Assembly (NCBI RefSeq): GCF_006345805.1
Contig: NC_042999.1
Coordinates: forward strand, 98,456,001 to 98,520,000
DNA: 64,000 nt
From: Octopus sinensis
Taxonomy: Eukaryota
Reading direction: 5' to 3'
Made by a program: the position numbers and the translations under genes. Shown piece after piece: positions 29,706 to 44,052 of this stretch. Under the pieces are notes generated by a model, which did not search any database, had not been told where the DNA came from, and saw nothing but the letters and a program-made list of their open reading frames with translations. How positions within the stretch are numbered: position 1 is the stretch's first letter; each line of letters starts with the position of its first letter.

Positions 29706-32700
29706 AATTATTGAAAGACCAAGTGTAATAAAAAACAAAAACCAACCTAAAACAATTCGTCACCAGTGACATTTTACCTAACACAAAATGACTAAACCTT
29801 GCAAGTCATTTAGTTTGGCACTCAACTAATATCACTGTTCCACCGCCCTGTATAATTTCTGGCTTCGAAACATATTTATGTGCTCTGTCCCCCACATGAC
29901 ATAGCACGTAACTGGTTCTGTATTTCAGTAACTAGGTGGTAATAAGGTCATCAGACTTTAAGCAATACTATAGGTAAAGAGAACAGTCGACCGAATTGAC
30001 CTCAATATATGACAGGTAATATTTTGCTAAACCAGAAAGAATGAAAAGAACAAACTAGAATTTATTTCGGTGAGGTTTGATACTAGAACGTAAAAACGGA
30101 ATAATTAAAAATGACAAGGCCCTTTGCCCGAGGCTTTTCCGCTTTAAAAAAAAAGTCTTCAAGTGTGCTTCACTTATAATTTTTTTACGTAGGAACAAAG
30201 TCCAGATGCTTTGTAGGGAAGACTCAGTCGATTAAATTGACCTCAGTACTGGCGCCTTATTTCAGTGATCCCGAAAAAGTTTAGAAAGAAAGTTGGCTTT
30301 AATGGAATTTGAATTGAAGATGTAAAGAACTCTAACAAATATCTAAAAAGCATTTCTGCTCGATGCTCTAACGATTCTGCCAACTCACGAAACTCAAGTT
30401 TGCTCCAGTTATAATATATAAACCGGTGTTAGTCCGGAGACAGACAAGAAAGTGTCTAGAAAATTACAAGGAAAAAATTTATATGAAAAAAAAAAATCGA
30501 AAATAGCGACGGAAAACAAAGTAAAACAACCCACTCTGGAAAATACGGTTGATGACGTGTTTCTGAGAAGTCAGTGCGTGTAATGAGTATGAATAACTAA
30601 ATAAATGAAAAATAAATGAATAAATAAATGAATAATTAAATGAATAAATTAATAAATATATAAATAACTGAATAAATAAATATATAAAAATAGTTGTCGA
30701 ATATGGAAAGAAAATATGAATGAGTTGTAGAATTGCTCAGCAGCAGTTTTTCAGTTTTATCAGACTTGTGGAATGTAACATTCAGATATCTTCTTACTTT
30801 CCTTTGCAACATTATTCTATGACTCTCTCCACTCTGTCTGTCTGTCTGTCTGTCTGTCTGCCTGTCTGTCTGTTTGTCTGTCTGTCTGTCTCTCTCTCTT
30901 TCTCCCTCTTTCCATCTGACACCATTCTTTCATTCGTACTAAAACAAATAAACGACATAAGTAACTAATATATAAATAAAATATAGCAAAATAAACTGAT
31001 GGACAATTTTTGTGAAAGTAAATGAAACAATAGTGAAATTGATGTTAATATTAACTTCAGAGAACATTGAAATGTTTACTAATAATGACAATTGTGTGAT
31101 GACGGGTGGATGGGAAACAATATTAAGCAATAACTAATATTTATCATTTATCTCTTACTTGTTGCAGTCTTTGAACTGCGACCACGCTGGGGCACTACTT
31201 TGAAGAATTTAGTTGACCAAACCGACCCCAGTACTTATCTTTATCAGTCTCCTTTTGCCGAACCGTTAACTTATGGTGATGTAGATAAACATAAGAAATA
31301 ATCATCATGTGTCATAGGTTCATTATTACTGTTATATGCGGTCACTCGACTCGGCTAGAAATAGCAGCCAATTCTCTCTCAGTAGATTACATCTTTCAGT
31401 TTTTAAAGATTGATCACGGTTTGAATGACCTCCATTTAAAAAAAGAGTTCAGTCAGGGATGACATTGGACTAAACAACTTTTCTGCTGTAGGCACAAGGC
31501 CTGAAATTTTTTGGGAGAGGCCTTGTCGGTTCCATCTACCCCAATACTTCACTGGTACTGAAAGAATGAAAAGTAAAGTCGACGGAATTTGAACTCAGAA
31601 CATAAAGCCAGAAGAAATGCCGCTATGCATTTTTTGCTAACAACTGTACCAGCTCACCGCTTTCTTAGGACTAAATAGTAATACCAACATTAGTGTATTA
31701 CAAGCACATTACTAAATGCTATAACTAAATACTATTCAGATCTCTATTTTCTCTAACATCAACACCGCCTTAACATTATAGTATATTATTAATTCAAAAC
31801 TAAAATACAAATATGATATATGAAATCCCAGACAAAATTTAAACTATAATTGGCAGATATGTACAGAATATCGAGATTCTATTCTCTGGAGTTACTTTTG
31901 AAAATAGAGTTTTCTTGGATTATTTATTTTTTTATTGAAACAATTGATTGAAAATATTGATTGTATAAGTCTCTTCTGTTCACCTCCATTCTCTTTTGAA
32001 AACAATATAATTACGATCAAAGATTGACGTCAGCTAGTGTTTCGTGACGAAATAACTCACGCAAAGTAATTCTTACATTATATTATAATCAGCCTGCTTA
32101 CAGCAACAGAGCTTCTCTCAGAACGTTAGTTCCATTACTCACTGGATGATAGATTGTTAAGCTACTTAAAAACTTTGCCTCCTTATAATATGCACGATAT
32201 GATGGAAATATGCACCAATTAAATAGTTCATCGGAATTCAGGAACAGCAGTCAAAGACATTGTATTCATATAGTGTATCGTACGTAGAGCAGATCAGCCT
32301 CGCTGATCCCGTCACTCACCAAGTTATAGCCTTAATAATGCTGCAAGCCAATACCACTGAGTAACGCTATCAAGAGCAGATCTTATGGCAGACCTAGATG
32401 GACTGTAGCGTTAGGTGAAAAAAAATCATCATGATTTCTTACATCGACATAGCACTAGCATTATATCGATTCCTCTAATTGACTGGTAATCATTTTATCG
32501 ATCTTGGAAGGCTGAAAAGTAAAGTTAACATTAACAGGATTTACTCTCAGAAAGAAAAGAGCCGGAAAAAATACCGCAAAATATTTGTCCGGGGCTCTAA
32601 CTTTCCTATTCATCCGCGACCATAAAGTTGGCTTCGGTTGATTTTGAATTCAAAAAGGTCAAAAGTAAATATGCCGACAACCTCTTTTGGTGACATATTC

Positions 32701-34300
32701 TCGTTGAGATAATTAGTCTTCGGACCTCTTGACGTTCTGAGTTCAAATTCTGCCGAGGTCGACTTTGTTTTTGAACCTTTTGGGGCCGATAAAATAAACA
32801 TCAGTTGTACACTGGGGTCGATGTAATCGACTTACCCCCCTCCCCTGAAATTTCTGGCTTTGCACCAAAATTTGAAGTCAGCTTTTACACTGTCTTTGTT
32901 TCAATTAAAAATAAAGAATTTACTAAAATAACTTTGTCACTGTCAAGCTAGTTAGGAACATAAATTAACATGAAATTTTGATGAAAAGTTTTAAATAAGA
33001 CCGCTTTAAAGCAAAAATTCATAGAAATAAAGACGACCTCAGTGTGTAGGCAATAAAAGAGTAAAAATTAGGCACAAAGCTACATATTTTCAGGAAAAGG
33101 TATAATTAATTCAATTGGTCCTAGTATCTAACTGATGCCTTTTTTATCGACTCATGAAGGATGAAACAAAATTCAATTTCGTTAAGATTTGAACACAGAA
33201 TATAAAGTGATATGGCTAAATATTACAAAGCATTTAACCTGATACTCATTCTAATTACTCTGATAATGCTAAAACTTCTTTCCAGCATAAAGTTAAGGTC
33301 ACATAATTTGGGAAGAGAATATAGTCGTTTATATTGACCACAGTACTTAACTCAATTTATTTTGTGTACACAAGATGGCTGGAGAGAGCAAGTTTGATCT
33401 CCGCGTGATTTTAACTCAAAGCATAAGGAGAAAATGAGCGTTGTTTCTCTTATAGTTGCTTCTTTACTTCGGTAATGAGAAAATGAAATGAAACAGATAT
33501 ATAAGAAAGAAAGTACCACGATAAAAAGTGTGAACTGAGAAATAGCTGCAAGGCATATTGTTTACTTTATAAACATCAAAAGAATGATTGAATGGATATT
33601 ATAAAAGATAACAGAGCTTTTTACAAATATATAAGGGGAAAAAAATGAATAATAGAAGAATGGAAGGCACGAAAGTTTTGTGTTGTGATTACTGATAATT
33701 AAAAGAGCAGACTTGTCATTTTATTCCAGCAGACATCTCTAATTGATGCGTTGTCATTGCAGTTTGTTCTCTCTTTCACACACTTATTCCACGAGCGAAT
33801 AATTCCTCAAGTGTTGGTGCGTGTAAGAAATGTTATATCAGCTTTTAAGAAAGAGAGCTTATTGGCACAAAGACAACAAACGCCAAGCATCTTTTGTCTA
33901 AAATACAAATACTTTTTTTTCTTTTCCATTTTTTTTTTGCGTAGGATGGCTGCATAAGATTATCCAGTTATTCTATATTTATGCTTTTGTTGAGGAGATT
34001 AGTAAAGTAGATTAAGTCGAACCTTCAGTAACTTTTTTGTTGCTTATTCTATTGATTTCTAGAAAAGTAAGAATAGAAGTGAACCTCGGAAATATTTGAC
34101 CTCAGATTTTAAGAAACGTAACTAAATATGTTCTACCTTTTAATAAGTCATTTGTTGATACAATTTCGCACTATTTTTCCTTTTTGGATAAAAAAAAAGA
34201 CAGTTATCCGAAACTTAGGATGTCCATGGATATAGGACACACAGACACACACACACACATACACGCGTAGGTACATATATATTAATAAATAAATTAATAG

Positions 34301-34375
<75 letters not shown>

Positions 34376-34581
34376 CTTACTTGGAAATGAATGCGTGGCG
34401 TTCAATCAAATAATAATATAAATAATAAAAATAATATATATATATATATATATATATATGCATATATATACACACACAAAGTGTGAACTGAGAAATAGCT
34501 GCAAGGCATATTGTTTACTTTATAAACATGTCAAAGAAAATATTTCTCCAGCGTTCGCTATTTTACCTTCGTAGAGCGTTA

Positions 34582-34685
34582 GGTGCTTTCGCTCAATAAA
34601 CACTCACAACACCCGGTCTGGGAATCGACACCGCGATCTTACGACCGCGAGTCCGCTGCCTTAACCACTGGAACATTGCGCCTCA
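34582..34685 (-). mobile_element. tRNA-derived SINE head fragment
   Basis: Reverse complement GGCGCAATGTTCCAGTGGTTAAGGCAGCGGACTCGCGGTCGTAAGATCGCGGTGTCGATTCCC has A- and B-box-like elements. Confidence 0.65.
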
Positions 34686-35229
34686 ATTTTTACATACATA
34701 CATACATGCATGCATGCATGCATACATACATACATACATACATACATACATACATACATACATACATACATACATACATACATACATACATACATACGTG
34801 TATACAATCCACAGCTTAGTGAGATAGGGATATTCATTTCTCACTGGTATGAAAAAAGAATGTAGTTTAGCGTATTAAGATTTGTATCAATATAGCCACA
34901 CCGCAAGAAAATAATATTATAGATAGATTATATTTCTACTTTCATTCCATAGTTAAGATTGTGCACTTCTCGAAACAAAGATAAAAACAATAAACAGAAG
35001 TGAGAAGTGTATAACAAAAGACATAATTTTCAAAGATGTTCCCTCTTAAAGATGCACCTTTAGTGTTACTCACTTGGGTTTTATACTATCCAAAGAATCA
35101 AGTGCTTAACATAATTAGAATTTAAAAAGGCAGTATATGTTTAATGATTCGCTTACTTCCAACAATTTTATAATTTTCTAAATAACTTGGGGATTTCCAC
35201 GAGTACTACTGGTACTACCTACCATGTTG

Positions 35230-35700
35230 TACGCACATAAATACCATCAACTTTTTGTCTCCAGAATTCCCACCCCTGTATTGATCTTTGTTGGTTGCTC
35301 TTCAGTAAACCAGTGTCTTCAACCAGTTGGTCAATACATGCTCTGGCAGGATGATCCCTTGGTTACTTTCCGTATGTTAGTTCCCAGATTAGCATTTAAT
35401 TCACTACAGAACATCACACTTCTTTTCTTTATGCTGGAGGTTACTCTTGGAAAATTATCATAAAGTACCTAATTTGTTGTATGGAACTACTATACTGCTC
35501 TCAGAAGTCTTATAATTTTTGTCTTAAGTGACAAGCCGTTTAATATTTGTCATATGGATTTTATGAGCGGTCAGTGGCAAATTTGAACGTGAATGAAATT
35601 TCACCGCTGGCGAGATGTTCCCATCTCTGACCTGCGGGAGTCCTCCCGAGAGGTGTTAACAATTTTTACTGAGCAGTCCATGTCCACTCAGTACCTAAAT
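35230..35700 (-). mobile_element. RTE-clade LINE C-terminal relic
   Basis: Minus translation fragments YLG... and LIWELTYGK*PRDHPARACIDQLVEDTGL resemble the RTE C-terminal GRP..T..DQL motif; many stops. Confidence 0.65.
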
Positions 35701-36729
35701 AAGTATCTGATACGCTAAATTTATGCGTTTTGTTTAGTATTTCTGTTTTTTTGTTTGTGTGTGCATTTTCTAGGATATATCCTGCTGACTACTGTTTCTG
35801 TGAAGATGTAATTTTCTGGCCAAGTCTACAATTCCCGGCTGGAGCAAAATTAAATTCATTTATAGAAGTCTATGAATGTCACAGAGTCTCATAACCCAAC
35901 TTGTACAGAGGTTTTGGCCTAGTGCCGAAGCTGGAAACTAAATTTGCAACTCTTCCAGCAATGCTGCTCACCTATTATATTTGAAAAATAAAGAAAAAAA
36001 TTGTAGAATATTTGTATAGAAACTAAAAATTAATAACTCTTACATATTTCTCAGATGTATTGGGCTCCATAACATCGTGGCTAACACATAGTTCTTTCTT
36101 CAACTGTTTGTGGTTTCTTGGCAACAAATCAGTTTGTATCGACTCTTGGCGTTGTTCTTCTCACATATTAGTTATGCACGAATATTTTTTCACGTGAATT
36201 TTCCAATATATTCCTAGCATTTGTAAGATGGTGCACAGTAGTATGAGGGAGACTTGGCCGCTAATTCTGGCATATCGAAGAAAAATAAGAGGCCCTTACG
36301 TTAGCACAGTGTGTATGAAAAACTTTTGTGATACACATGACAGTTGTATTTAACCTAGGGTGAGCTCTAACTGAGGGGACCTGTGATCAAAAGACATTCT
36401 AACCCAAACTGTCTCTTCCTTTTCTCGGAGTGATCTTAGGGAGAATTGGATGGTATTTCTAGAGCAGCCCTATGCGTGTCACGGAGAAATAGGGAAGATA
36501 CGGCATGGCAGTGTGATAAAGACGTTTACCTAGCAACCTTGTGATTCGAATTCAATGTTAGTGTATAGCACTGTGGGCAAGTGTCTTCCATCGATAGCCT
36601 GAATGGAACTTTCTCGGTGTAAACTGTGGAAGCCCATCGTATAAACATACATGCATATGCATATGAACACGTATATATATATATATGCTTTCACTGCGAT
36701 TGTATTGTTAAGCAGCATCGATTTTTACA

Positions 36730-37047
36730 ATTCTGTAAATAATAATAATAGTACTTTATAAGCTTAAAACTTATAAGCGATCACCTCGCAATGACTAAAG
36801 ATAATAGTCTAATAATGGGGCATATAAGCCCACGACTGAAAAGGTAGGTTTGCCCATATGCGTAGGACTCGAACCTACACCTCTTTGTTTACGCAACCAA
36901 GTGTGCTACCGTTACACCAACGCACCAACCTGCTTCTTTCTGTCAGATTTAAGAACTTGGCCCATTATTAGACTATTTTCTTTAGTCATTGCGCGGTGAT
37001 CGCTTATAAGCTTTAAGCTTATAAAATACTTTTATTATTTACAGAAT
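36730..37047. mobile_element. Foldback/MITE-like element with ~90-bp terminal inverted repeats
   Basis: 36730-36819 is the near-perfect reverse complement of 36961-37047 (ATTCTGTAAATAAT...TTATAAGCGATCACC.CGCAATGACTAAAGA.AATAGTCTAATAATGGG). Confidence 0.9.
36855..36926 (-). ncRNA. tRNA-like sequence (pseudo-tRNA / Pol III cassette) inside the foldback element
   Basis: Minus strand GGTGCGT-TG-GTGT AACGGTA GCAC-A-CTTGGTTGCGTAAACAAAG-AGGT-GTAGG TTCGAGT CCTAC-GCATATG. D and T arms are intact, the acceptor and anticodon stems are imperfect, and TTTT lies ~12 nt downstream. Confidence 0.7.
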
Positions 37048-37251
37048 ATATATGTATATGTACGTGTATGTGTGCGTAAACATTAGCGAGAAAACTTAAA
37101 AGAAATCTGCTTTACAAAGCACAAAGTTGCGGACATCTTGTTACTCTAACACACAGTGAACTAATCATCAGTCGCATGTAAAGCCTATGACCAACAACGT
37201 TAATGCTTACCAATTCCAATATAAAAAAAGAAAACAAACAAAAAGGGAACT

Positions 37252-37640
37252 GCAGGCGTGGCTTCATGATTGCCTCCCAATCACACGGGCGGATTCAATC
37301 CCACTGCGCGGCACCTTGGGCAAGTGTCTTCTACTATAACCCCGGGCCAATCAAAGCCTTGTGAGTGAATTTGGTACAAGTAAAGTGAAAGAAACCGGTC
37401 GCTTATATACGTGTGTGTATGTTTGCGCATGCGTGTGTGTGTGTTTGAGTTTGTGTTTGTCTACCCCCACTACTTGACACCCCGTGTTGGTTAATTTACG
37501 TCTTTGTAACTTAGCAGTTCCTCAAAAAGACATTAAAGATGAAGTACTGTGGCGGTGGGATTGATTTGTTCTACTAAACCCTTCAAGACAGTGTCCCTGT
37601 ATGGTCGCAGTCCGGTAACTGAAACAAATAAAAGATAAAA
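37252..37640 (+). mobile_element. SINE family B with internal (TG)n
   Basis: Homologous to 5523-6070. Confidence 0.8.
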
Positions 37641-38084
37641 AAAAAGAAAAGAAAAAGGGTAAGGCTGACTTCTCGATCTAGTTTTGAATACTTCCTTTGC
37701 GACATTCGTATCAAAATTTCTATTTCTTCCCTCTCTAACAAAATATAATTTCCATGTTGGAAATTGTTATATTAGGGATTGTGACAAACTTTGTAAAGTA
37801 AGATGCTACTTCCGCCAGAAAGAAGTATGAATATTAAACATAAATTAATATTTTCTGGTTACTATAACTATAAAGCCTTTGTGCTAAATTAAAATCTAAC
37901 CAATACAAGTTAGAGATGATTGAATAGTGCAAAGCATTCAACATGACGCTACTATTTCTGTCATTCCAATGCAGTACCAGGCTTTGCTCAGTTTGATAGG
38001 AAGTATAAAAAAAGGTTATACAGTCTATAATTTTTTCCTAGTAAAGTTATGTACGTATGCAATATCCCAGCTACCTTGATGCAG

Positions 38085-38415
38085 TTTGGAATATGATTTG
38101 TGACCCCACCTTCGGTCATGACTGACCGTAGGATTGCACCTAGAAAGTTACCCTCCCAGGCACAAGTCCGGGCAAGGCTGTTTGTGGAGAACCAGCAGTC
38201 GCCCATGCATACCGGCCTCCCGTCTCCACGCCACCAGTGTTATCCAAGGGAAAGGCAAAGGCCGATACAGCTTGGCACCTGTGACGTTGCAACTCATTTC
38301 TACAGCTGAGTAAACTGGAGCAACGTGAAATAAAGCGTCTTGCTCAAGAACACAACACGCAGCCCGGTCTGGGATTCGAACTCACAACCTCACGATCGTA
38401 AACTCGACGCTCTAC
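38085..38415 (-). mobile_element. tRNA-derived CORE-like SINE (distinct family)
   Basis: Reverse complement has the B box GAGTTCGAATCCC, then TGTGTTCTTGAGCAAGACGCTTTATTTCACGTTGCTCCAGTTTACTCAGCTGTAGAAATGAG. A related decayed copy lies at ~45185-45365. Confidence 0.75.
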
Positions 38416-40884
38416 ACAGATATTCACTTTTATACGTTGTGATTAGCAGCAATACCTGACATTGCTCAGTTTAATTAGCTTAGCCTTGACTCGTAAGTGC
38501 GTATGATTTGATAGCTTGTACTTCACTTTTTATAGATGTTTTGCTAATTATTTAAGTTATCTATGCAATCGTGAGCAGATACAGACATTCCCACGATTTG
38601 ATTAACATCTAAAATAAATGTAACCATTCTTCATATTTTCGGAAAATGCTTTAAAAATATACTAGTAATGCTCAGTTTGTCCAGGAATGTTGATTCACAC
38701 AGAATTGTTAAATCTAGACACTTTAGAATTTGGCTCGAGCTGAGTTTCATGAAAACGTGCAAAAACATAAGAAAATAAATATAGAACCTTAAAGTTATAT
38801 AACCTATGATTTTCTTCTCGAAAAATGTATCAGTGGGAAAAATAGCTGCCTAGTTGCACTTACACTTTTATACAATATATAAGGATTTTTGACGAAACAC
38901 AATAATGCAACATTGATTTTTTTTTCACTTTACACTGGTCCAAGTCCATAGATTCTTAAAGCTAGAGCGTGGTTAATCTAGTCGATCACAGTATAGTGGA
39001 AGTGTCTACGTGATTATTTGACTTGCTAGAAATAACAGCCAAATCGCTCTCAAATCACACTCTATCCGTTAAAAAAAGAGGGATGCGTGTTTAAAACAGT
39101 AACAGTGAATATTTTTAGATTAGAGTACCAGAAGTCTAATTTCACTAATAATTTCGTATTTGGAATGTCACGTATATGTGGGTTGTAAAATTTCTTATCA
39201 GTACTCATAGATGAGGTTTTTAGAAGATGATATTGCTGGGAGTCTCCTTTATCAAAGATCCTTATATGCCACTGCCAACACAAATGTTTTTTGATCGCCA
39301 TCATTGATCTAGGATAAGATAAACTAAATTGGCATTATCAGGACTTAAACGCCTTCTTTCATAGATCTACATGAGCTGGTATGAATAGGGTTTAAACAAC
39401 AACAACAACGACGACGACAGCAACAACAAATAACACATTTTTATCGACTCCAGCGAGTTGAAAGGCAAGTTTCATTCACCGTCGATGAGATCTGAACTCA
39501 GAAAGTAACTGGAACATAATTATTATAAACAGAGCGGGATTAAGGCCGATTAGTGGTCCATTGATAGTCTAACAATGGTTTCCTCTTCCTAGATTCTTCT
39601 ATATTTAACCGACAAAACATTAATACAGAATGAGATGAAACTGAAGTAATCGATTAAAACTTCATTTTCTTTCAGATCAAACTCCACAATAAATATATTA
39701 AATATGAGTTATATGAGAGTGTACTAATTGCAGTAAAATAATTTACTGAAATTTCCCTCTCAGTTGGAGCAAGAAAACCAAACTTTAGTGGCAGTTATTT
39801 GTAACTCTCAAGGAAAAGGGGAGGCGGGATTTCAACCGTGTTTCGTGGTCTGCTACCAAAACAGCTCCTGTATAGGATTCAGTTAGCTCAAGACATCATC
39901 AGAAGGAACCACGTCTGGTTTCGGCCCCTACTCCTCTACCGTTTTGACGTGGCGCCCCCCCTTTTCGGAGGTGTCTTCAGCTCTGGTGTTGGATGCATGT
40001 CTTCTTTCTTCTTTCTTCTGTTCCCTGGACTCTTCGATGTACAAAGCCTGAAATTTTGCTGGTGGGATCTAGTGGATTACATTGGTGCACAACTAGTACT
40101 TATTTTATCGACCTTCCTGGGTCCCTGGAAGGTAATGTCGACCTCGGCGAAATTTGAACTCGGCGAAATTTGAACTTAGAATGTAAAACGGACGAAATGC
40201 TACTATGCATTTTGTCCGGAGTGCTGAAAATTCCGCCTGTTTGAAGCCCTAATTTGAAGAAATATTAAATACAATTTTACACTTTTAAATGTTATTTATT
40301 AAACATTAAACAGCAGAGTATCAGAAAAGCAATACAGGGAAATTGTTTATTTACAAGTGGGACAAAAAGGGTAAAATGCAAATAAACTAAACTGTTATAG
40401 TTTACCATTTGCATCCTCATAAATTAGACAAGAGAGAAAAAGAAAAAGAAAAAAAAGAAAGAAAAGATCTCTGTAACGTCCCAATGACGTCCTTTTCTCT
40501 TGCTGTCCTAAATAGATGCTTATATTCATTAGCAGTTAATGCATATCAGATTGCAAGGCAAATAGTTCAACGCCTTAAATGAAGTTGTCCACCAGCTTTG
40601 AATGAACAAACTATATTGAAAGACAGGTTTGTGTTTAGAAAATAGCATCTACAGTTTTATACTGTTCGAGAAAAGCCCCAACAGAAAAAATAACCAGATG
40701 AAATATTTTGTCTGCATCAAGAAGCACAATTTAAGCGGAATAGCCAAGAGATAAGCAGAATGGAAAGGATTAAAACAGCAGATATATTTCTGTAATAAAT
40801 GAAAATGGGCCTTTTTTTTTATTATAAATCTGAATCTGTTTATAGGTAGGATTCTTCCTTTCTCTCTTCCTTCCTTTCCTTTCT

Positions 40885-41077
<193 letters not shown>

Positions 41078-43631
41078 ATATAATAGGAAATATCTCTAAA
41101 TACATTATATACTTCAGGAAATCATTAATAGATGGTGAAACGCTGAAAAGGAAACACAGGAAAAGAGGGAACCAAAGAAGAGAGAATAGTGTGTGCCCAT
41201 ACATACATATATACGTACATACAACGATGCACAACGTATACACACATACACACCACTCGTATGTTAAGGAAAAGAGAAAGAGATAACATGAAAGGTGTCG
41301 AGTGAAGTTGGGGCAGTGTTGGTGGTGATGTTGAAGGCGGTGTTGATGGTAGTATTGGCAGTAATTTTGGTGTTGGTGTTGCTGTTGATGTTGGTGTTGC
41401 TGTTGATGTTGGTAGTACTGTTGGTGGTCTTGTTTGGGGTTGGGTTTGTGAGTTCCGAAAGAGATATTATTGTCAGAACAATTGCTATAATTCTTGTAGA
41501 TGTATCTCCAGTCAGGTGTAACAGACACCGAGAACATATTTAAGAAAGCGGTAGAAAGCAGATGCTAATATAATATCTTCACTTCAGATTTAACAGGCAG
41601 CTCGTTGGTAAATAGAGTTTTATATTGTTTCATTTCTGGACATAGAATTCGTTCTGATTTTCAGCTTCCTTTCATTTAAAGGAAAGCATTTTAAAAATGA
41701 TTGTAAAAGTTGATGCAGTTGATTGTGTTGTGTTCTTGTTGTAGCTGAGTAGCTTCGGTTAGTTTGTTTGAATAGATCTCAAACACGAAGCTAACAGAAT
41801 GAATGTTGGATGTGAAGTTATATACATATACAGGTCAGTCAAATAGTCAGGATAAGCTGATGTGAAATCTTTTACTGTGATAGATTAAAGCAAAAGATTC
41901 CCAAGGATTTCCAGGACTTTTGGTTTCGGATCACTGACTTCGGAGAGTTTACTGAATCTTGACTCATCACCTCATCCTCAGTATCTTCCAACCATAGACA
42001 GAAACCTCAAACACATCTTTCAATCGTGGTTAAGCTAATCTTACCTCTTCCTGTATTACAGCACATATCAAGGGAGCATTATCGCTCTTTAACCCTCTAA
42101 TCATGATTAATATACAACTATAAACCGCAGAGTTGCTTCAAATTCTAGGCCTCATCATCATTAACGATTCTCTTGGCAGGCGCACATCTTCAACGCAACA
42201 AAAAACTGTATCACGCTGGCTGGCCTTTCTCATCAGAGCAGGAAAATGTTTCAGACTCTCAAAACGTCAAAACCTCTAAAAAGCTCAAGTGAGACTCACA
42301 ACGGTGTACCGCATCCGTATCCGATACAATGTTGCTGCTACACTCACATATTTATTAGATAGTAATAAAAAAATATCTATTCGACTGATATGTGAAAAAT
42401 CATTCATTAATACACTCCAACTTATGACCACACTCATGTTGCAGCTTTTCCGTCTTTTCCATCGCTGCTTCTAGGAGCGGACACCACTGTCCCCTATCAC
42501 ATTCACTCAATCCCTAACTTCTTTGCCTTTTCTCCTTTCGTCACCAATACTGCGTCCTCTCCTCCCTTAAGCACCACTTTAACCACTATGTCCAATCTGT
42601 TTTCCTCAATGAAGGCAATGTTCTAGAATTCTATTCTTGCACAGCCATTGATTTGAAAGTGTTGAAAAGGCACGTTAACCACTTTAGTATCTCCATTTTC
42701 GGAAGTCCTGAGAAGGCCATAGATTCAATCCTCTCCGCTCACCACCTTCGTAATAGAAATAATATTGGTTTCGAATTTTGGTACAAGGTCAGAAATTGTT
42801 GGGGAGGGAATAAGTCGATTACATCGACCTCTGTGCTAAACTGACACTTATTTTATCGAACGTGATAAGATGAAAGGCAAAGTCCACCTCGGCGGAATTT
42901 GAACTCAGGACGTGAAGACGGAAGAAATGCCGCTAAGCATTTTGCCCGGCGTGGTAACAATTCTGCTAGCTCACCGCTTTGATAACAGTAATAATATTAC
43001 AAGGAGAAATAACAGTATCAATCGCAATAGTTCAGCAGCAGCAGCAGCAGCAGCATAGCAGTAATAGTAGTAGTAGTAGTAGTAGTAAGAATGTAGGTGG
43101 GAAAGTTGTAGAGAAAGATTGCTTAATGTGATATAGCAATAATTTTTGACATTAATACCATTAACAGCAACAGCAGCAGCCGATATAAAGAACTCTGCAA
43201 GATCCACTTAATATAATGTAAAGCAAAAGCCTTTACTAAATCAATGTATTATCAGATATTCAACGAAATAAAGAATCAAAGCTAAATGTCAAGTTCACTA
43301 AACTATAATATGATTTCAACATTGCCATTAAAAATAAAAATAAAACAAATTCCATTAATGTCTCACCACCGCTACTACCCCCACCATCATCATCACTACC
43401 AATACCACTACCACTACCACTGCCACTATTATCAACTCTATCAACACTGAAAAATCCAAGAGCAGCAACAACGACGATGACGACGATGACAACAACAAGG
43501 AACGTATTGTGGGTTTTATGTCATTAACCTGTAATATTGATTTCTAGCAAAACGCACAAGACCTCCTCGAAATTAGTGGGAAAGAGAACAGGCGAGTGCA
43601 CTCAGTTCTCTGCATTCAGAGCCTTCTTTAT

Positions 43632-44052
43632 AAAGGAGTGGCTGTGACAGTGTGGAAAGAAATCTGTTCTCCAACCATAAGGTTCCTGGGTTCAGTACCA
43701 CCGCATGGCACCTTAGGAAAATGCCATTTATTGTAATCCTGGGCCGACAAAAAGCTTAGTGAGTGGATTTGGTAGACGGAAACTGAAGGAAGAACGTCAT
43801 TTGTGTGTGTATGTTTGTATGTGTGCGAATGTGTGTGTCTTTGTGTTTGTATCCACCACAGCTTGGCAACCTGTTTTGGTTTCTTCATGTCGCCATAAGT
43901 CAACGGTTCGGTTTAAAAAACACTCCAAAATCTATAGAATAAGTTCCAGGTGCAGAAAAAAGTATTGGGAATTGATGTGTTCGATCAAACCCTTCAAAGC
44001 GGTGCTACAGCATGGCCGCAATCTACTGACTGAAACAAGTAAAAGATAAAAG
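43632..44052 (+). mobile_element. SINE family B with internal (TG)n
   Basis: Homologous to 5523-6070. Confidence 0.8.

Noticed and set aside
42225-42280. Another hammerhead (CTCATCAGAG...CTCAAAACGTCAAA)
   Set aside because: It needs three core substitutions on the plus strand, and the minus-strand CTGATGA has no downstream GAAA.
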